DNA from: Psammoneis japonica
Taxonomy: Eukaryota
Reading direction: 5' to 3'
NCBI GenBank assembly: GCA_008632985.1
Contig: QPGO01000083.1
Span: forward strand, 223,075 to 287,074
DNA length: 64,000 nt
Made by a program: the position numbers and the translations under genes. Every line of letters starts with the position of its first letter. Position 1 is the first letter of the stretch. This document shows positions 24,629-38,400 of this stretch, piece after piece. The notes under the pieces were generated by a model. That model worked only from the letters and a program-made list of their open reading frames with translations, was not told the DNA's origin and did not search any database.

Positions 24629-26746
24629 CTCCCCTAAAACTCTAACCACCAAAAACCGAGGGGTCGGAAGCGCACTTTTGGGAGCTCTTTTTCTCCGCAC
24701 AAAAAACACGCGTTTCGTCGACTTGACCATGACGACCTCCCGTTCTTCGTCCCCCACACTGCCTGACGTGTCCCCGCCTGCCATGTCTGATGCGGCAGTC
24801 CCTCCTGTGTTGGCCGGTGCCGTTACACCCACTGTCGTTACCCAAACACAGCCGATTTGCCATCCGGAGGATTTGGGCTTCTGTTCGCCGGATCCTGTGC
24901 CTGAAACACAAACACAGCGCCGTGATTGGTCTGCTCCTGTCATTGCGTCCCCGGAGAAACTGGGTTCTCGTTCGCACCGCCGTGTTGTGGAAGGTGCTGA
25001 TGAGCCTTCTCTCAAACGGTCTGGGGTGCAGCTCCGAAACCAGGTCAAAAAACAAAAGCAACAAACCGATGTCAAGGTTCAGTGGGCGTGGCAGAGGAGC
25101 ATCTATGACAGGAGGTGTGGTGACAACCTTTCTCAGGATGATTGTTCCTGGGCAGAACCTTGTCCATCTGGAGGTGATTGAGACTCACCCAGAGCCCAGC
25201 GGAACCAATCGGAGCCAACAACAAGTGTCAAGATGAACCACAGCAACATGTGAAGGAGGACACAGCTGATGGAACACGGGCAGAGAAGGTGCCGGCATGC
25301 AAAGTGGCAGCATGGCTGTCGACAAGGCACCAGTTTTGAAGGTCTAACAGTGACAAACATGGTGAGCATTTGCCAAAAGCACGTTGCTGCCTGCCTCCAT
25401 TTTAGCAACATGCAAAAACAGTGTGTTGCACATCACATGCAGAGCTCAAACGGCGAGAGTGGCCTCTCATGGAGTTGCACATGATGACCCAGTCCTGGAA
25501 AATGGAGCAGTGTCCAAGTCACATGCACCATTTGAAACCTTGCCAAGTCACCTGCAAACAAATGCCAATTCGCTGACCTCTCCAACTTGAAACTAAAAAA
25601 CTGTGAAAGCATGCCTGCCATCCAACTGTTGTCAGGTTTCTAATTTGCAGAGAGCTGCATGATGTGTCTGTGTGTTCTAAAGATCAGACTGCACTCGAGA
25701 GCTGACCAAGAGGAACCATTCATGTCCATTGATGTGTCATCCATCAGCAGGCCGTGGTTGTGTGGGTTTCCTGGTCTGCCGTCATCCGTCATCCATTGTG
25801 TTCCTTCCAAAGCAAAAACAACAACAGCATCAACAGCAGCTGCAGCAGCAAGGGTGGGATCAACAGTGTCGGGCATGCCAGGGGGCCGAAACGCAGGTGC
25901 GGCATTGGAATTCGTGACAGTGTCTGTGGGAGGCGGTGGGGCAAGAATGAAAGAAGTGTGAGTTACAAGCATTTCGTTGTGGACGTTGTTGGCAAAAGAC
26001 AACAACAGTGTCAACAGTGCCTGCGGCAGCAAGGTGGGAGCAACAGTGTCGGGCATGCTGGGGGGCCGAAACGCAGGTGCGGCGTTGGAATTCGTGATGG
26101 CATCTGTGGGAGGCGGTGGGGCAAGAATGAAAGAAGTGTGAGTCATTGGCATTTCATTGTGGACGTCATTGGCAAAATGCAGTGACAGCATCAACAGCAC
26201 CTGCGGCAGCAAGGGCAGGAGTGACAGTGTCGGGCATGCCAGGGGGCCGAAACGCGGGTGCGGCGTTGGAATTCGTGATGGCATCTGTGGGAGGCGGTGG
26301 GGCGAGAATGAAAGAAGTGTGAGTCATTGGCATTTCATTGTGGACGTCATTGGCAAAATGCAATGACAGTGTCAACAGTGCCTGCGTCAGCAAGGGTGGG
26401 AGCAACAGTGTCGGGCATGCCAGGGGCCCGAAACGCAGGTGCGGCGTTGGAATTCGTGATGGCATCTGTGGGAGGCGGTGGAGCGTGCAAACAACAGTGT
26501 GAGTTTGCAGCATCTTATTTTGTGCGCATCACACCCACGAGAACCGGAATGATGACATTGCCTGTTGCATCAGTGTTGTTGGCAACGGTGTCAGCAGGAT
26601 CGGCGTCCTGGGAAGGCGATGGGGAAGAACCACGAGGCATCATCATGGTCGAGTCGACGAAACGCGTGTTTTTTGTGCAGAGAAAAAGAGCTCCCGAAAG
26701 TGCGCTTCCGACCCCTCGGTTTTTGGTGGTTAGAGTTTTAGGGGAG
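24629..26746. mobile_element. Nested element with ~110-130-bp inverted repeats
   Basis: CTCCCCTAAAACTCTAACCACCAAAAACCGAGGGGTCGGAAGCGCACT... with its reverse complement ending ...GTTTTAGGGGAG at 26746. Confidence 0.8.
25830..26482. repeat. Tandem repeat, ~180-181-bp unit, ~3.6 copies
   Basis: ACAGTGTCGGGCATGC recurs at ~25863, 26043, 26224 and 26405. Confidence 0.92.
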
Positions 26747-28611
26747 CTGTGGAATAGGAATTTTTACTTATGGAATATACACATTCGTGTGGATATTAAC
26801 ATTAAAACTCAACGCACGGCGAAGCCGTGCGCGCACAACCACGCACACACACACAGCTCCCCTACCACAGGGGTGCATACCCCCGCTCGCACGAGAAACA
26901 GCATCACGACGAATGAAGATGACGGCCCACAGCGGCATCAAAGTTTTACCTTATGATGATAAAAGTAACCTTATTAGAACCGCCATATTTTACTTAGTGT
27001 GTAGGTGTGGTTTCTTGTTTTGTTCAGTGAAATAACGTTAGACTTACGGGGTGATTTCAGAAACTTTTCATTTGAACGTTTCTGCACATTCTTCTCGGGC
27101 CATATCGACCCTTACTCTAAAGTCACACCACATACAAATAAACCCATTAAATCCTTCGTATCTAAATTAGTCGATAAGATTGTTGTTGGGCCTAACAGAT
27201 CTAGTTTAGCCACCTTATGCATTGACTTTGTATGATGCAACAGACAGAAAAAATTCCTTTGAATACAAAAGGTCTATTTCAGCAACAAGTGCACAATATT
27301 TTAACATTTTCTTGCCGTAACATATCATATCCGCTTCATATTATCGATTGGTGTTACTTATAAAGTGGTAAAATCGAAAGAAGCTGTCAAAAACAACCAC
27401 ACATCGCCATGGCGACTTGTATCGCATCCACTCGATACGCGCTCCGGTGATGTCAGAAATGAGTAACTCGACTAATTTTTTGGGTATGATAGTACTCTCA
27501 TGTACGCAAGTACGATGCAGTTTGGACACGACTCCCTTTTTATGGCTCGTGACGTCATAAAGCAGGCCATACTCAAGTACGATAGTACGCAAGTACGATC
27601 CAGTTTGGACGGGGTCTGATGATGCGTTTTGTGTTGCTGGAGAGCACGGTCTTCTGCAACCTGGCAACCACAGTGCTTTTTCTGGAACCACCCCAGCTTC
27701 CCTTTGATGGGTTCTTCTTCTGCTGCTCCTGCAACCATGAGAGAGACCCATCTCCAGGAGTGTGCTGCTTTGTCAGCCACTGCTGTGTGCTCTCTCTCCT
27801 GGCCAGGGCGGCAGCACGAACTTTTTGGGGGGACAACTCCAGCCAGCCACTGGCCAAAAAATGTCTGCCTGTCAGCACTTTTTGGGGTTGTCAGCACAGC
27901 TGTTGTTCATGAAAAAGATGCCTCACACCCTCACAAGCTCTGCACAAAAAACGGTTCATCGGCCAGCAGCTGCGTGGCTGGGGCAAGTGCAAAATGAGTC
28001 AAAAGAAGCTGCTGGCTGGAGACGTCTCCCCCCCATTTTGCTTGGCTTGGTGGGAATTTTAATCTTCCGTCTGTCTGTTTGCCACAGATGATTGACTGCA
28101 CACCATTTCTCATGTGTGTTTTACACCATTTTTTGTTCTGCGTGGTTTCCACTCTGCGCCGTGCAGGAACTTTGCTCAAAATGCGTGCATTTTGCGTGAC
28201 ACAACATTTTGAAAAAACAGCTGTTGCCATCACAGCTGTTGCCAAGTTTGAGCACATGGGAGTGCAAGTTTGAAACCGTCACTCAAACTTTTGGGACGCG
28301 TTCCAGGTCCAGGCAGGACCTCGCACTGCTGAACTGTGACATCGACAGTTTTTTGAATCACGTCGTATGTCGCGCACGTAGATTTCTACGTGATTTTTTC
28401 GACATTTTGTGTCATTTTACGGTGCAGTTGTTGAGCGATCCGTCCAACAACTTTTGACATTTTTTGTTACAGCGCGATTCTGTGATGTCTTGAGAATCGC
28501 GCAGGGCAGGCGCATTTGCAAAAACGTCGAGTTGTGAGAGGCACAATTGTGCCACAAACTTGGCCGTTTATTCGATGTCGAAGACAAATGTGTCCATTGA
28601 TTAAATTCTCG

Positions 28612-29400
28612 TACTACGGAGCTCGCACGTAGAATTCTACGGGCCCAATGTCACACGGAATCCCACCTGGGACTGGACCGCATCTTGGTTGAAAAAGCCA
28701 AGACTGGAGCTCTCAGCCATGACTGTTGAATGTTGCTCAGTGCAGTGTTTGCTCACGTCCATTGTGATTGCGCACATGCATGTGATTGAGCAGTTTTCCT
28801 GCAAGTGCCATGAAATCACCAACTCGACTGCAATCCTGTTTGCAACTCAATTGCAGATCGCGATCGAAACGATCACAATCTGCTGACTGTTTGTGTCTGG
28901 CGCTAGTCGCAAAGATCGCAGTCGTGTTCGCGATCGATCACAATCAACTCATTTCTAAAATTTGGTTGTAAATTGGGATTGACAGCAAACATGGGACTCA
29001 AATTGACCAAAACATGGTGTTCATTCACGAAAAATGTGTTCTTGCACAGAAGGCACCTGGGGCGCATGAATGCCATGCAGGGGGGGGGATCGCGATTGCA
29101 GTCAATTGCAACACGTGACAATCGCACGTGAATTGCAATCTTTCAATTGCTGTGAAGCAACATGCAATCGACCAGTGTTGGCTGATTGCTGGGGTCGATT
29201 GCAACCAGCCCTGCTTTGACTGCAATCACTGCTGCAAACTCGACTGCAATGACCTGGTTGTTGGGGAAGAGCCGAGGTCGCAATCACAATCAACCAATTG
29301 CCACAGCGATGCAATCGACTGATTGCAATCTGATTGTCACAGAAAACTTTGCAATTAGTTAACACTGCAGTCGATGGTTGCAATCCTTGATTGTTGGGAG
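28612..29400. mobile_element. Repeat element with many short GATTGCAATC/CGATCG palindromic motifs
   Basis: Terminus shared with 7565; repeated TTGCAATC, GACTGCAATC and GCGATCG motifs; TpA-depleted interior. Confidence 0.55.
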
Positions 29401-29740
29401 AAAGTTAACGATTTTATGACGCTTCCCGCATGGCCTGCGCGAAATTTCGAAATTTCGAAATTCCAAAATTCCACCCGCCAAAAAATCCAAAAAATCGCAA
29501 CACCATTCATTGCAGATTTCAGATTGATCGAATTTATTTCGATGATTCCCCGACCATCTGCTAAGACTGTCACACAACCTGTGCAGTTGTAGCTTCTATG
29601 GCAACTCCCTTTGGTCACCTTCAACGAGCTCTCCACCGTGCGTTGGCCGTGACAATGCAATCGTCGATTGTCGGGAAATGATGATGCGACCCACAAAATA
29701 CAAGATTGACATGGAAGCATGAAGTTCAAAAGACATGTGT

Positions 29741-32007
29741 CTAAATGTTTAATCTAAAGGCATGTGCAGAGCCGGAATTCCTACCATTGGCATCTCCTCC
29801 CGATGCCCCAATTCCAACGATCCGTCCGTCCGACGACAAGGACACACGTCCAAAATGGTTGTGTTCAGCCTCTCCATTTAAAGGATCGCCAACTAGACTC
29901 CATTCTTCTGTGGTGGTGTCATACTGTAAGATTAGAACTTGGCCCACTTCGCGAGATTGGTCGTTGGCGTCATGAGCAGTACTTCCAATCGCCAAGACAT
30001 TTCCGTTCCCACTCAACGACACCGGACGTCCAAAACTGTCACGTAATTGTTTCGAGATAATAGTTTGGCCGCGTTGATTCCATGTCGACGTGGAACCGTC
30101 GTGGACATAAACCGAAACTCTCCCTTTGCCTCTAGTTGAACCATATCCACCTGCGGCCACAATCAAACCGCTATCATCAAGAGAAACCGAAGCTCCAAAT
30201 TTGCCATTTGTAATGTCTCCATTGATTGGCTCACCCAGAAGCTGCCATTTCGATAAAGAAGAATCGTACTCAAACACGGATACTTGACCAGTAGATTTAT
30301 TCTTCTGAAGTGCTCCAACGCCAACAATGTTGCCTGAGCGACTCAAAGAAACTGAAGTGCCAAACTGAATACCGGTTTCTGTACCAAGTGTCTGTCCAAG
30401 TTGGTTCCAAGATGACGAGTCACGGTTGTACTTAAACAACCGAGCAGATCCGTAGGTCTTAGGCTCTCCAACGGCAAGAATGTCGCCCGCCTCCGAAAGC
30501 GAGACGGAAAAACCAAACATATCACCATCGCGCAGCCCGAAAATATCGTTACCGAGTTGCTCCCAAGTATCAGAAGCGGCATTGTATTTATACACTCGGA
30601 CATACCCCGGATTGCGTTTGCCAAAGGCATTACTACCCTCGTCTGCGCCAACCGCAAGAATCGTTCCGTCGCCATTCAACGACACGGACGATCCAAAATG
30701 GTCACTGTCATCTCGGCCTGATATCCGACCAATGCGTGACCACATCTGTTTAGAGTGATCGAATCGATTCACTGTAACATAACCATTCAACTCTCTATAG
30801 CGTTCTTGAGTTGCTCCCACTGCCATGACGGTTCCATCCGGACCGGACGGATGTACAAACATCCATCAATCGGCGTGCAGACTTGTCAGGTTGCCACTGT
30901 TCATGGTAGCTTTTTAAATTTCCATCGACTGATCTGACTAGAGCCACATGTAGTGCCACAGATCCATGTGGAAGAAAAGGCGCTGTTGCTCCTTGCTCTC
31001 TTGATAGCTGCCAATGTCAAAAGGCGCATTATTGACACAGTAGAACCCACGCGTTGGAGGGCTTCCTTGTCCAGATAATTTCCATTGACGTAGATTCTCA
31101 ATGTATTGCCGTCGTAGGTCGCAGCAACGTGCGTCCAAGTCTCAGTTGGAACCTGTTTGTAGCTCTCAACTTTAAACTTGTGTTCCTTTCCGCAACCACC
31201 AAAGTGACCACCCGCCCGCACTTTGCCGCTTTTTTGATGAATAACGAGCCACGCGGCAAAGGGCTTTTGGAAAATCACCTGTGAAAATTCGTCAGTACCA
31301 ACGTATCGCACCCATGCCATCATGGTGTATGATTTCAGGTGGAGCTTGCGAGATTGAGGGATAAGCATGTGATCGCTTCTCCCGTTAAATCTGAGGGCCT
31401 TGTTGGAAAAACCGACAGATTCAAGAGACGGCTTGCCACGAATTTGCCCGTTCCATCCCTTTGTTCCTGTATCCTTGGTAACTTCGTCGCCATCAAAGTT
31501 GTACTCGAGTAGCGGTTCAATGCATGGCTTAAAGCTAGGGAGACTGATTGATTTCGGAAACGTCACACGATTGTTTCCGACAAAGAGAGGGGTGTCTTCG
31601 GGCGACTTGACGGTCAAACATGCTTCTCCTTGACCCCTCAAGATGAAATTGAAACCATCCACATTGCGTTTTCCCACCTGAAAGTTGAAATTCGTAGCAT
31701 TCACCGAATCAATGCCTTTTTCGAGGAGCTTGAGACTACTCTTGATCTTTACGTTGATATCGTCAATTGGCACCAAAGTCCCAGACACTGCAACGTCTTT
31801 TCCACCTGCAATGGATCGCAGATACCAAGTAGTATTGGAGAGACACTTATTCCATAGAAAGATCCCCCTGTCCTTTCTGTTGTTGTACAGCGGAGCACCA
31901 CACAATGGTCTTTCATCCGCAAAAACTCTCTGTGGTCCAGTCCAAACCAACAGTGTGCAAAGGACGAACAAGAGACGACAAAGACGACAGAAAAAGGGGT
32001 CTTGCAT
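29741..32007 (-). pseudogene. Secreted LamG/concanavalin-like plus FG-GAP-type beta-propeller protein, apparently disrupted
   Basis: Signal-like N-terminus from ATG 32007; WTHVAATYDG..LRIYVNG (LamG); repeated FG.SVSLS.DG..AVG; 1-nt frameshift near 31078 and broken junction ~30860-30960. Confidence 0.65.
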
Positions 32008-32523
32008 GTTGCTTGTTTCGTTTTGCCGGTGGATGGTGAAACTGAAAAAAAATCCAAAATAATGGTCTCTTCTCGTTTCTCGTTCTCGTTCGACGCGACA
32101 TCCATAGTTCGGCTTTTTTGTCATACCAGTCTTATACGTCACTTTCCACACAATAAGTGTTTCACGCCCTCTAAGTAAGTACAGTTCTTTTAAAAAATAC
32201 TCTAGATACAGTACATATTATATCATACAGTGCCGCCCGTAAGAAAAAGTCATTGGGTATGTCATAAAGACATTTTTCGACGGACACGACCGTGACACGT
32301 GCCAGCCGCCTGTGCGAAATTTGGAAATTGCCCGAAGTTCCCGCCAAATCCGCAGCACAGCGGCAGCAGTATGGACAGCATGCAGATCCCAAGTCAAATC
32401 CTTGTCCCAAGTCAAATCCTTGTCCCAAGTCATACATACAAGTGCTTTTGTACATGGTAGAGGCCCACAACCAATCAAGATCTGAACACGCTAGCTAATT
32501 TGGGTCTCTCTTGAGGTAACAAC

Positions 32524-33932
32524 ATGGATGTCGCCAATCTTATCTTGCCAGTCACCTTGGCCTATTGTGGCAAGGCATGCACAAATTGTTCCGAGAGCGG
32601 CGGCTCGGCGCTGCTTAGGTGCACGTCGTGCAAGCTGGCACACTACTGCTGCAAAGACTGCCAAAAGGCAGACTGGCCCAAGCACAAGGTGGAATGTAAA
32701 TTGCTCAGGTACCTGAAGGAGCATGCGTACAAGCTCCTACCGGGTCCAGAGGGCCAGCGTTGTAAAAAGGCTGAACGTTTTCTAGCTACGTTTCCTCTCT
32801 TGTTAGAAGCGGGAGAGCCGGAAGTTAAGAAGGGTCTTCCTACTTTGGCGCAGTTTCAAAAAATGGATAAGGGCCGCTTCTCCAAATTTGTCATAGAGGG
32901 TCGCGTTTGCTCGTCTGTCTCCGAAATGAGTTTACGGAGGCAAGCCTGGAGGCGGATTGGAAATGTTGCCCTAATTGCAGCTTTGGGTGGTGCTGTGGTT
33001 CGGATCATTGGGATCAATACTATAGCACACATCATACGCCGGAAATCTGCAACATGTATCAGGCTGATGCCAGAATGAACTTGTTTCACTACAAGCATGC
33101 CAAAAAATGCAACGAAATATTTCTCAACGTTCCCGAACAAGGACTGGCAACCCCCGTCAGAGATTTCCCCACAAGCTGGGACGCCTACTTTCGCCTTCGC
33201 TTTCCAGATCGATATCCGCAGTTGCTCGGTATGCTCCCTCCCGAATTCTTCCCGGCGTCGACTTATCTACTCTCCCAACCGGTGACGTGTTTGTCGGCCA
33301 TGTACAAGCTCGGAATCTCCCAATTTCTTCAGGAGGAGGAACTTGTCATTCACGTCGTGGGTGCCGATTGTGAGTATGAAATACCCGCGACGTGCGTGTG
33401 GGAAGAAATCTCTCACTGTCTTCCAAACGTTAAAACGTTAACGATTGAGTTTGTGGGCCCGAATGCCTGCAAAGTAATCCAACCGCCCGTCAAGGAACTC
33501 CCTACGGAACCAGTCCAATCTGTCTGTCCAGCATGCACCCGGCAGGGACGGACCCGACTCGTGGGCATGTATGCCTACACCTACCATGACTACATGCAGG
33601 AGTACAGCGGCAAAAAACCACCACCCAATTTCATTGTGGCGTTCAACACCGGAATGCACGAGGAATACACCGAGAGTTGGAAAACCAGTGTCAGGACCAT
33701 GCTAGACATGAAGGTGCCTTCATACTTTACATCCTACAATGAAGAAGAAGCTGTGCAGGATCTTGCTCTGTTGCAGAGCTTGGATGCCAATATTCTGCAG
33801 TAGAATGTAGAGCGAAACGCATTTGCGGAGGACAGGATGAGGAGAGAGCCTCCCATGGAGGGACGTGTTGACCAGTTTTATGCCAATAGCCTTTACGGAG
33901 TGTTGTTTTGCGGGAACAAAATGTCTTCCTAG
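32524..33932 (+). pseudogene. MYND zinc-finger protein with MSS51-like C-terminal region; frameshift and premature stop
   Basis: CTNC...CTSCKLAHYCCKDCQKADWPKHKVEC; IHVVGA and VAFNTGMH; frame change near 32910; TAG at 33801 followed in frame by NAF...DQFYANSLY to TAG 33930-33932. Confidence 0.75.
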
Positions 33933-34129
33933 CTAGAGACAAGCTAGCTAGCAATGGGTACTTATCGTCAACGGTTACTTATTTTTGTGTTTCTACATTT
34001 GAGGGAGATGCTGGCGGTGGGCATTCGAAATCACTCTCACCGTTTTATTTCAATTTAAAAACCACTAACCTTGCTTTCCACAACAATGGCTCGCTCTATG
34101 AACTCTGGGATGAAGTTGATTTTGTCTAG

Positions 34130-35290
34130 TTATCAGATCAATGAATGCTGAAGTGACGGTTGCGGCGACAAAATCGTCCTCATTTCCTCTTGCCACCATC
34201 CGACTTGGACATTCACAAGCTTTGTTCTCATTTGTTGAACAAAAAAGTGCTGACCAGGTGCAGGAGTGTGTGCAGCCGTCCCAACTACAGCAGTCAACAT
34301 TCCGTTGGCTTCAAGACCAACACACACATTGCAAGATGATTTTTCCTGCCCCCCCCGCACCATTTGCACACCAAAAACTGAACAACGACAGCTGCCAAAA
34401 GTGCTTGCACACAATCACAAGTGGCTTTGCAGCCTGCCACAACAGATCACCAGTGTAAAAAGGGGCTTGTGCTTGGTGACTCTTGGCAAACCAGCCAAAA
34501 CCAATGTGTGGCAACACAGGCATGGGGCACCATTTTCTTGCGTGTTCCTTGGCAACACTGGCGTCCATCTCAGCAATTCCTGAGAGTCACATTGAGAAAA
34601 AAAGTGTTGCAAAAAATCACATGATTTGTCATTGCAGGGGGTCACATTGCTTCAAGTTGCTCTTTCTGAACTTGTTGCTGGCAGCCTCATCTTCCAATCT
34701 TGTCTGTCACAAAAAGTCTTTTGACTTTTGCCGCTGCATGTGCGGGGCTTTCTGGCAGAGACTCTGCTTCATTTTTCTGGTGTCTCCACAGCATTCTGTC
34801 AGCAACAGGAGCATCCTCAGCACTTCTGCAGTGAACACATTAAACAGATCTGCTCACAGTGAATGGCAGTGGTGAGTGTGCAAGAAAAGATTCAGCGAAG
34901 GCTGTGGTCAGGGGCGAAGGGCACTGCTCTGCTTCATTTGCTGCGTGCAACACAAGGAGGAAAGCTCTTCAGGAACACTGGTGCCCCTTCATTCTTAAGA
35001 ATGTCAAACAGTCACTTGTCAAACCACTCTGGCATTGTCTTGTTTTTTCTTCTTTTTGCCATGTGACACGTGGCAGCCCTCACCACTGTGCTGCTCCTGT
35101 GTTTCTGAGCTCTGCTTTTTTCTCAGCTGGCACCCCCAAGACGAGAGAGAAAAGTGGACACATTTCACTTCTGAGCTGCCCTCCCCGTGCTTCTGAAAGC
35201 ATCCATTGTGATGGTGCAGCAGAGGAAGAGATCGCACTCCACGTTTTGAGGCGGCTTCTTGGCGGGAAAAAATCTTCCGTCTGTCCACTT
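34130..35290. mobile_element. TpA-depleted unclassified repeat insertion
   Basis: Sharp compositional block between the MYND and myosin genes. Confidence 0.45.
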
Positions 35291-35477
35291 GCCCTAGATG
35301 ATAATCTATATTCCATTTCTTATGTATTTTCTACGCCTTTTTTGTACTGTGATGGAATTCATGTTATTTTTCTCCTTGTTTTTCCACTCTGAACTCTGCC
35401 TCGCGAAAATTCCAAAATTCCATCGCCGAAAAATCCCAAAATCGCCAACACATCATCAAATTCGATTCCCTCCCACC

Positions 35478-38400
35478 ATGGCGCAAGTCAATAGCGATGC
35501 GCCGACAACGGCATCCGCTGCAGAGGTTAGAACCTCAAATAATGTTTACATCCTTTCGGAGGAACACGCATGGGTACCAGCCCGAGTGATTGGTCATGAA
35601 GAAACAGAGACAGTGACGGTCTCCATCCCCGTTTATAAGGACGAGCAAGCGATTCAATCCGACGGGGGCAAAGCATCCAAGACTACGACTCGCCAGGTCA
35701 TATCGCTCAAGCATTATCCAAACAGAACATTACCGCTACAAAATGTAAATGAGCATGGTGTTCTCAACGAGGTTGAAGACATGGTTGACCTGCCTTTCTT
35801 ACACGAGGTACGATCTTTGTTCTGCATTTTCTGCTCCTTGAGCTTCTGTTCTAATCGCCAATTCGGCTCTTCTCATAGGCGGCTATTCTTTACAATATCA
35901 AAGCTAGGCATATCCAAGGAAAGCCTTATACCCGGACTGGTGACATTGTAATTGCTGTCAATCCATACAAGGTGAGACACCCTTTGGTATCCTTTTTGGT
36001 ACATTCTATAGCATCATGTCTAACTTTTTTGTTTGTATTTCCAGTGGATGCATGATTTGTACTCGGATGATGTACAGAATAGATATGCAAACATATTGGT
36101 GTGGGATGGTACGTCTTTCTTGCATCCCTTTCTCAAACAAGATTTCAAACTCTCACTCATCCCTCTACGTTTTTAGCATCTGACCACGAAGGCGATCCTC
36201 GCACCTCTATTGAGCCTCATGTCTACGAAACCTCATCCCTCGCGTATCGAGGATTGGCGGTGGACGGTCAAAATCAAAGCATCTTGGTGTCGGGTGAATC
36301 AGGAGCGGGCAAGACAGAGACCACAAAAATTCTCATGAGTCACATTGCGTCCGTTCAGGCGCATTCGTCTCAACATCATGACTCTCCCATTGTCCAATGC
36401 GTGTTGGATTCAAATCCTCTATTAGAGGCGTTTGGCAACGCTAAAACTGTTCGAAATGACAATTCAAGTCGATTCGGAAAGTTTACTCAGTTGCAGTTTG
36501 ATGCCGAGGATCCAACACACGCTGCCTTTTCTGGAAAACGCATACCGAGTTGCGTCTTGGCTGGATCCAAAAGTGAAGTATACCTGCTGGAAAAATCTCG
36601 CGTGGTGGGACATGAAGAAGCAGAGCGTTCCTATCACATTTTTTACCAGCTATTGGCAGCATCCGAAGAAACCAAGACGGACATTTGGGATGGCTTGGCG
36701 GATACGGATAACGAATCCTTTTCGTATGTGGGATGGACCGATACTACTGTGATTGAAGGCAAGACTGATACAGAACGATTCCAACAAACTGTCCGAGCTC
36801 TAGAAATGGTGGGGATAGAGGGAGAGCGCTTCCGTACACTGATGAGAGCTATTTGCATAGTTTTGCAACTCGGTAATCTAACCTTTGAACCGCAGGAAGA
36901 GGACGAAGAACGATCCTGCATAACGTCGACCGATGAATTGCAACGGCTTTCGGAACTCATGGGAGTCGAGGACACGGTTGTCGCCAATAGCTTGACAGAG
37001 CGTACAGTACGGGCACGGAATGAAGTTTACAAGGTCCCACTGCGTGTAGGACAAGCTAACGACACATGTGATGCTTTTGCGAAAGAGATTTATGCAAAAG
37101 CATTCTTGTGGCTTGTACGAAAGATCAATGACGCTACCTGTGCCGAAAATAACTACAACGCTTCAACAAAGTATGCAACCATTGGACTACTTGACATTTT
37201 CGGCTTTGAGTCGTTTGACACGAACAGATACGAACAGCTCACCATTAATCACGCAAACGAGAAGCTGCAATCCAAATTTACGCAAGACATCTTCCGGTCC
37301 GTTCAAGCCGAGTATGAAGAAGAGGGTATCGCTCTGGGCGAAATCACATACCATGACAATGCAGATGTGCTTACATTGATTGAGGGGCGAATGGGTCTGA
37401 TTGCTGTGTTGAACGAGGAATGCGTCCGTCCCAAGGGTAACGATGTCAGTTTCGTTTCGAAGATTCTCACCATGAATAGAGACTCTGACTGCCTCATTGG
37501 AGAAAAATCGTTTCGGGATTATGAATTTGCCGTCCAACATTTTGCAGGCCGAGTCACTTATGATGCGAATGGATTCGTTACAAAAAACATGGACAACTTG
37601 CCCCAAGATTTACTCGATTGTGCGCAAAAGTCCACAAATGAAATCCTAAGTCAGGCTTTGAATGAAGAAGGCAGCATGTCGAAAGTGGGGCCAACATCGC
37701 ACGCCAAGAAGAGACCCAAAGGGAAGGCGGCACCGAAGCGCGACTTGGCGAGGAGAGGTTCTAGTCTAGTCCAGGAATCGGTTTGGGGCAAATTTCGGAA
37801 CCAGTTAACTTCCCTCATGGCGAATCTCAGTCTCACTCGCACGAGATATATTCGTTGCATCAAACCCAATACTGAAAAATTGCCAAGAGTGATGCAGCAT
37901 TTGGCAACAGTGGAGCAGCTGAGATGTGCTGGTGTCGTCGCAGCCGTAACGATATCACGTTCGGCCTTTCCAAATCGTTTGGAGCATGGCGTTGTCTTGG
38001 ATCGTTTCAAATCGCTTTGGACCAAGAAACTGTATTCTGAAGCCATGCATGAGTTGCAGGGATCAAATGACGACATTCAAAGACAACAGGTGGAAATGCT
38101 CTTGTCATCTGCGCTACAGACCCTTGATGTGAGAAAGGAAGACGGGAACGTCACGCGTGCTTTCATTATTGGCAAAACCCGGGCGTACTTTCGAGCAGGG
38201 GCGCTGGAGCACTTGGAGAAGGACCGACTCAAGGGATTGTCTGTCTGGTCTATTGAAATACAACGTGTCGTCCGTGGCTTTCTTGCTCGATCAAGATACC
38301 TCAAGCTTAGAAGGGCGTGCATCACTGCACAAGCAGCCATACGGATGGTATTGGCAAGGAATCGATACTTACGGCTCAGAAAAGCATGCATTTCTATTCA

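Larger units (their letters stand above)
24286..27616. mobile_element. Non-autonomous TIR DNA transposon (PIF/Harbinger-like 3-bp TSD)
   Basis: ~52-bp TIRs GACCCCGTCCAAACTGGATCGTACTTGCGTACT.TCGTACTTGAGTATGGCCT; TGA on both flanks (24283-24285, 27617-27619); no transposase. Confidence 0.8.

Noticed and set aside
25830..26482. CRISPR-like array
   Set aside because: Whole units repeat with no unique spacers, and no cas genes are present.
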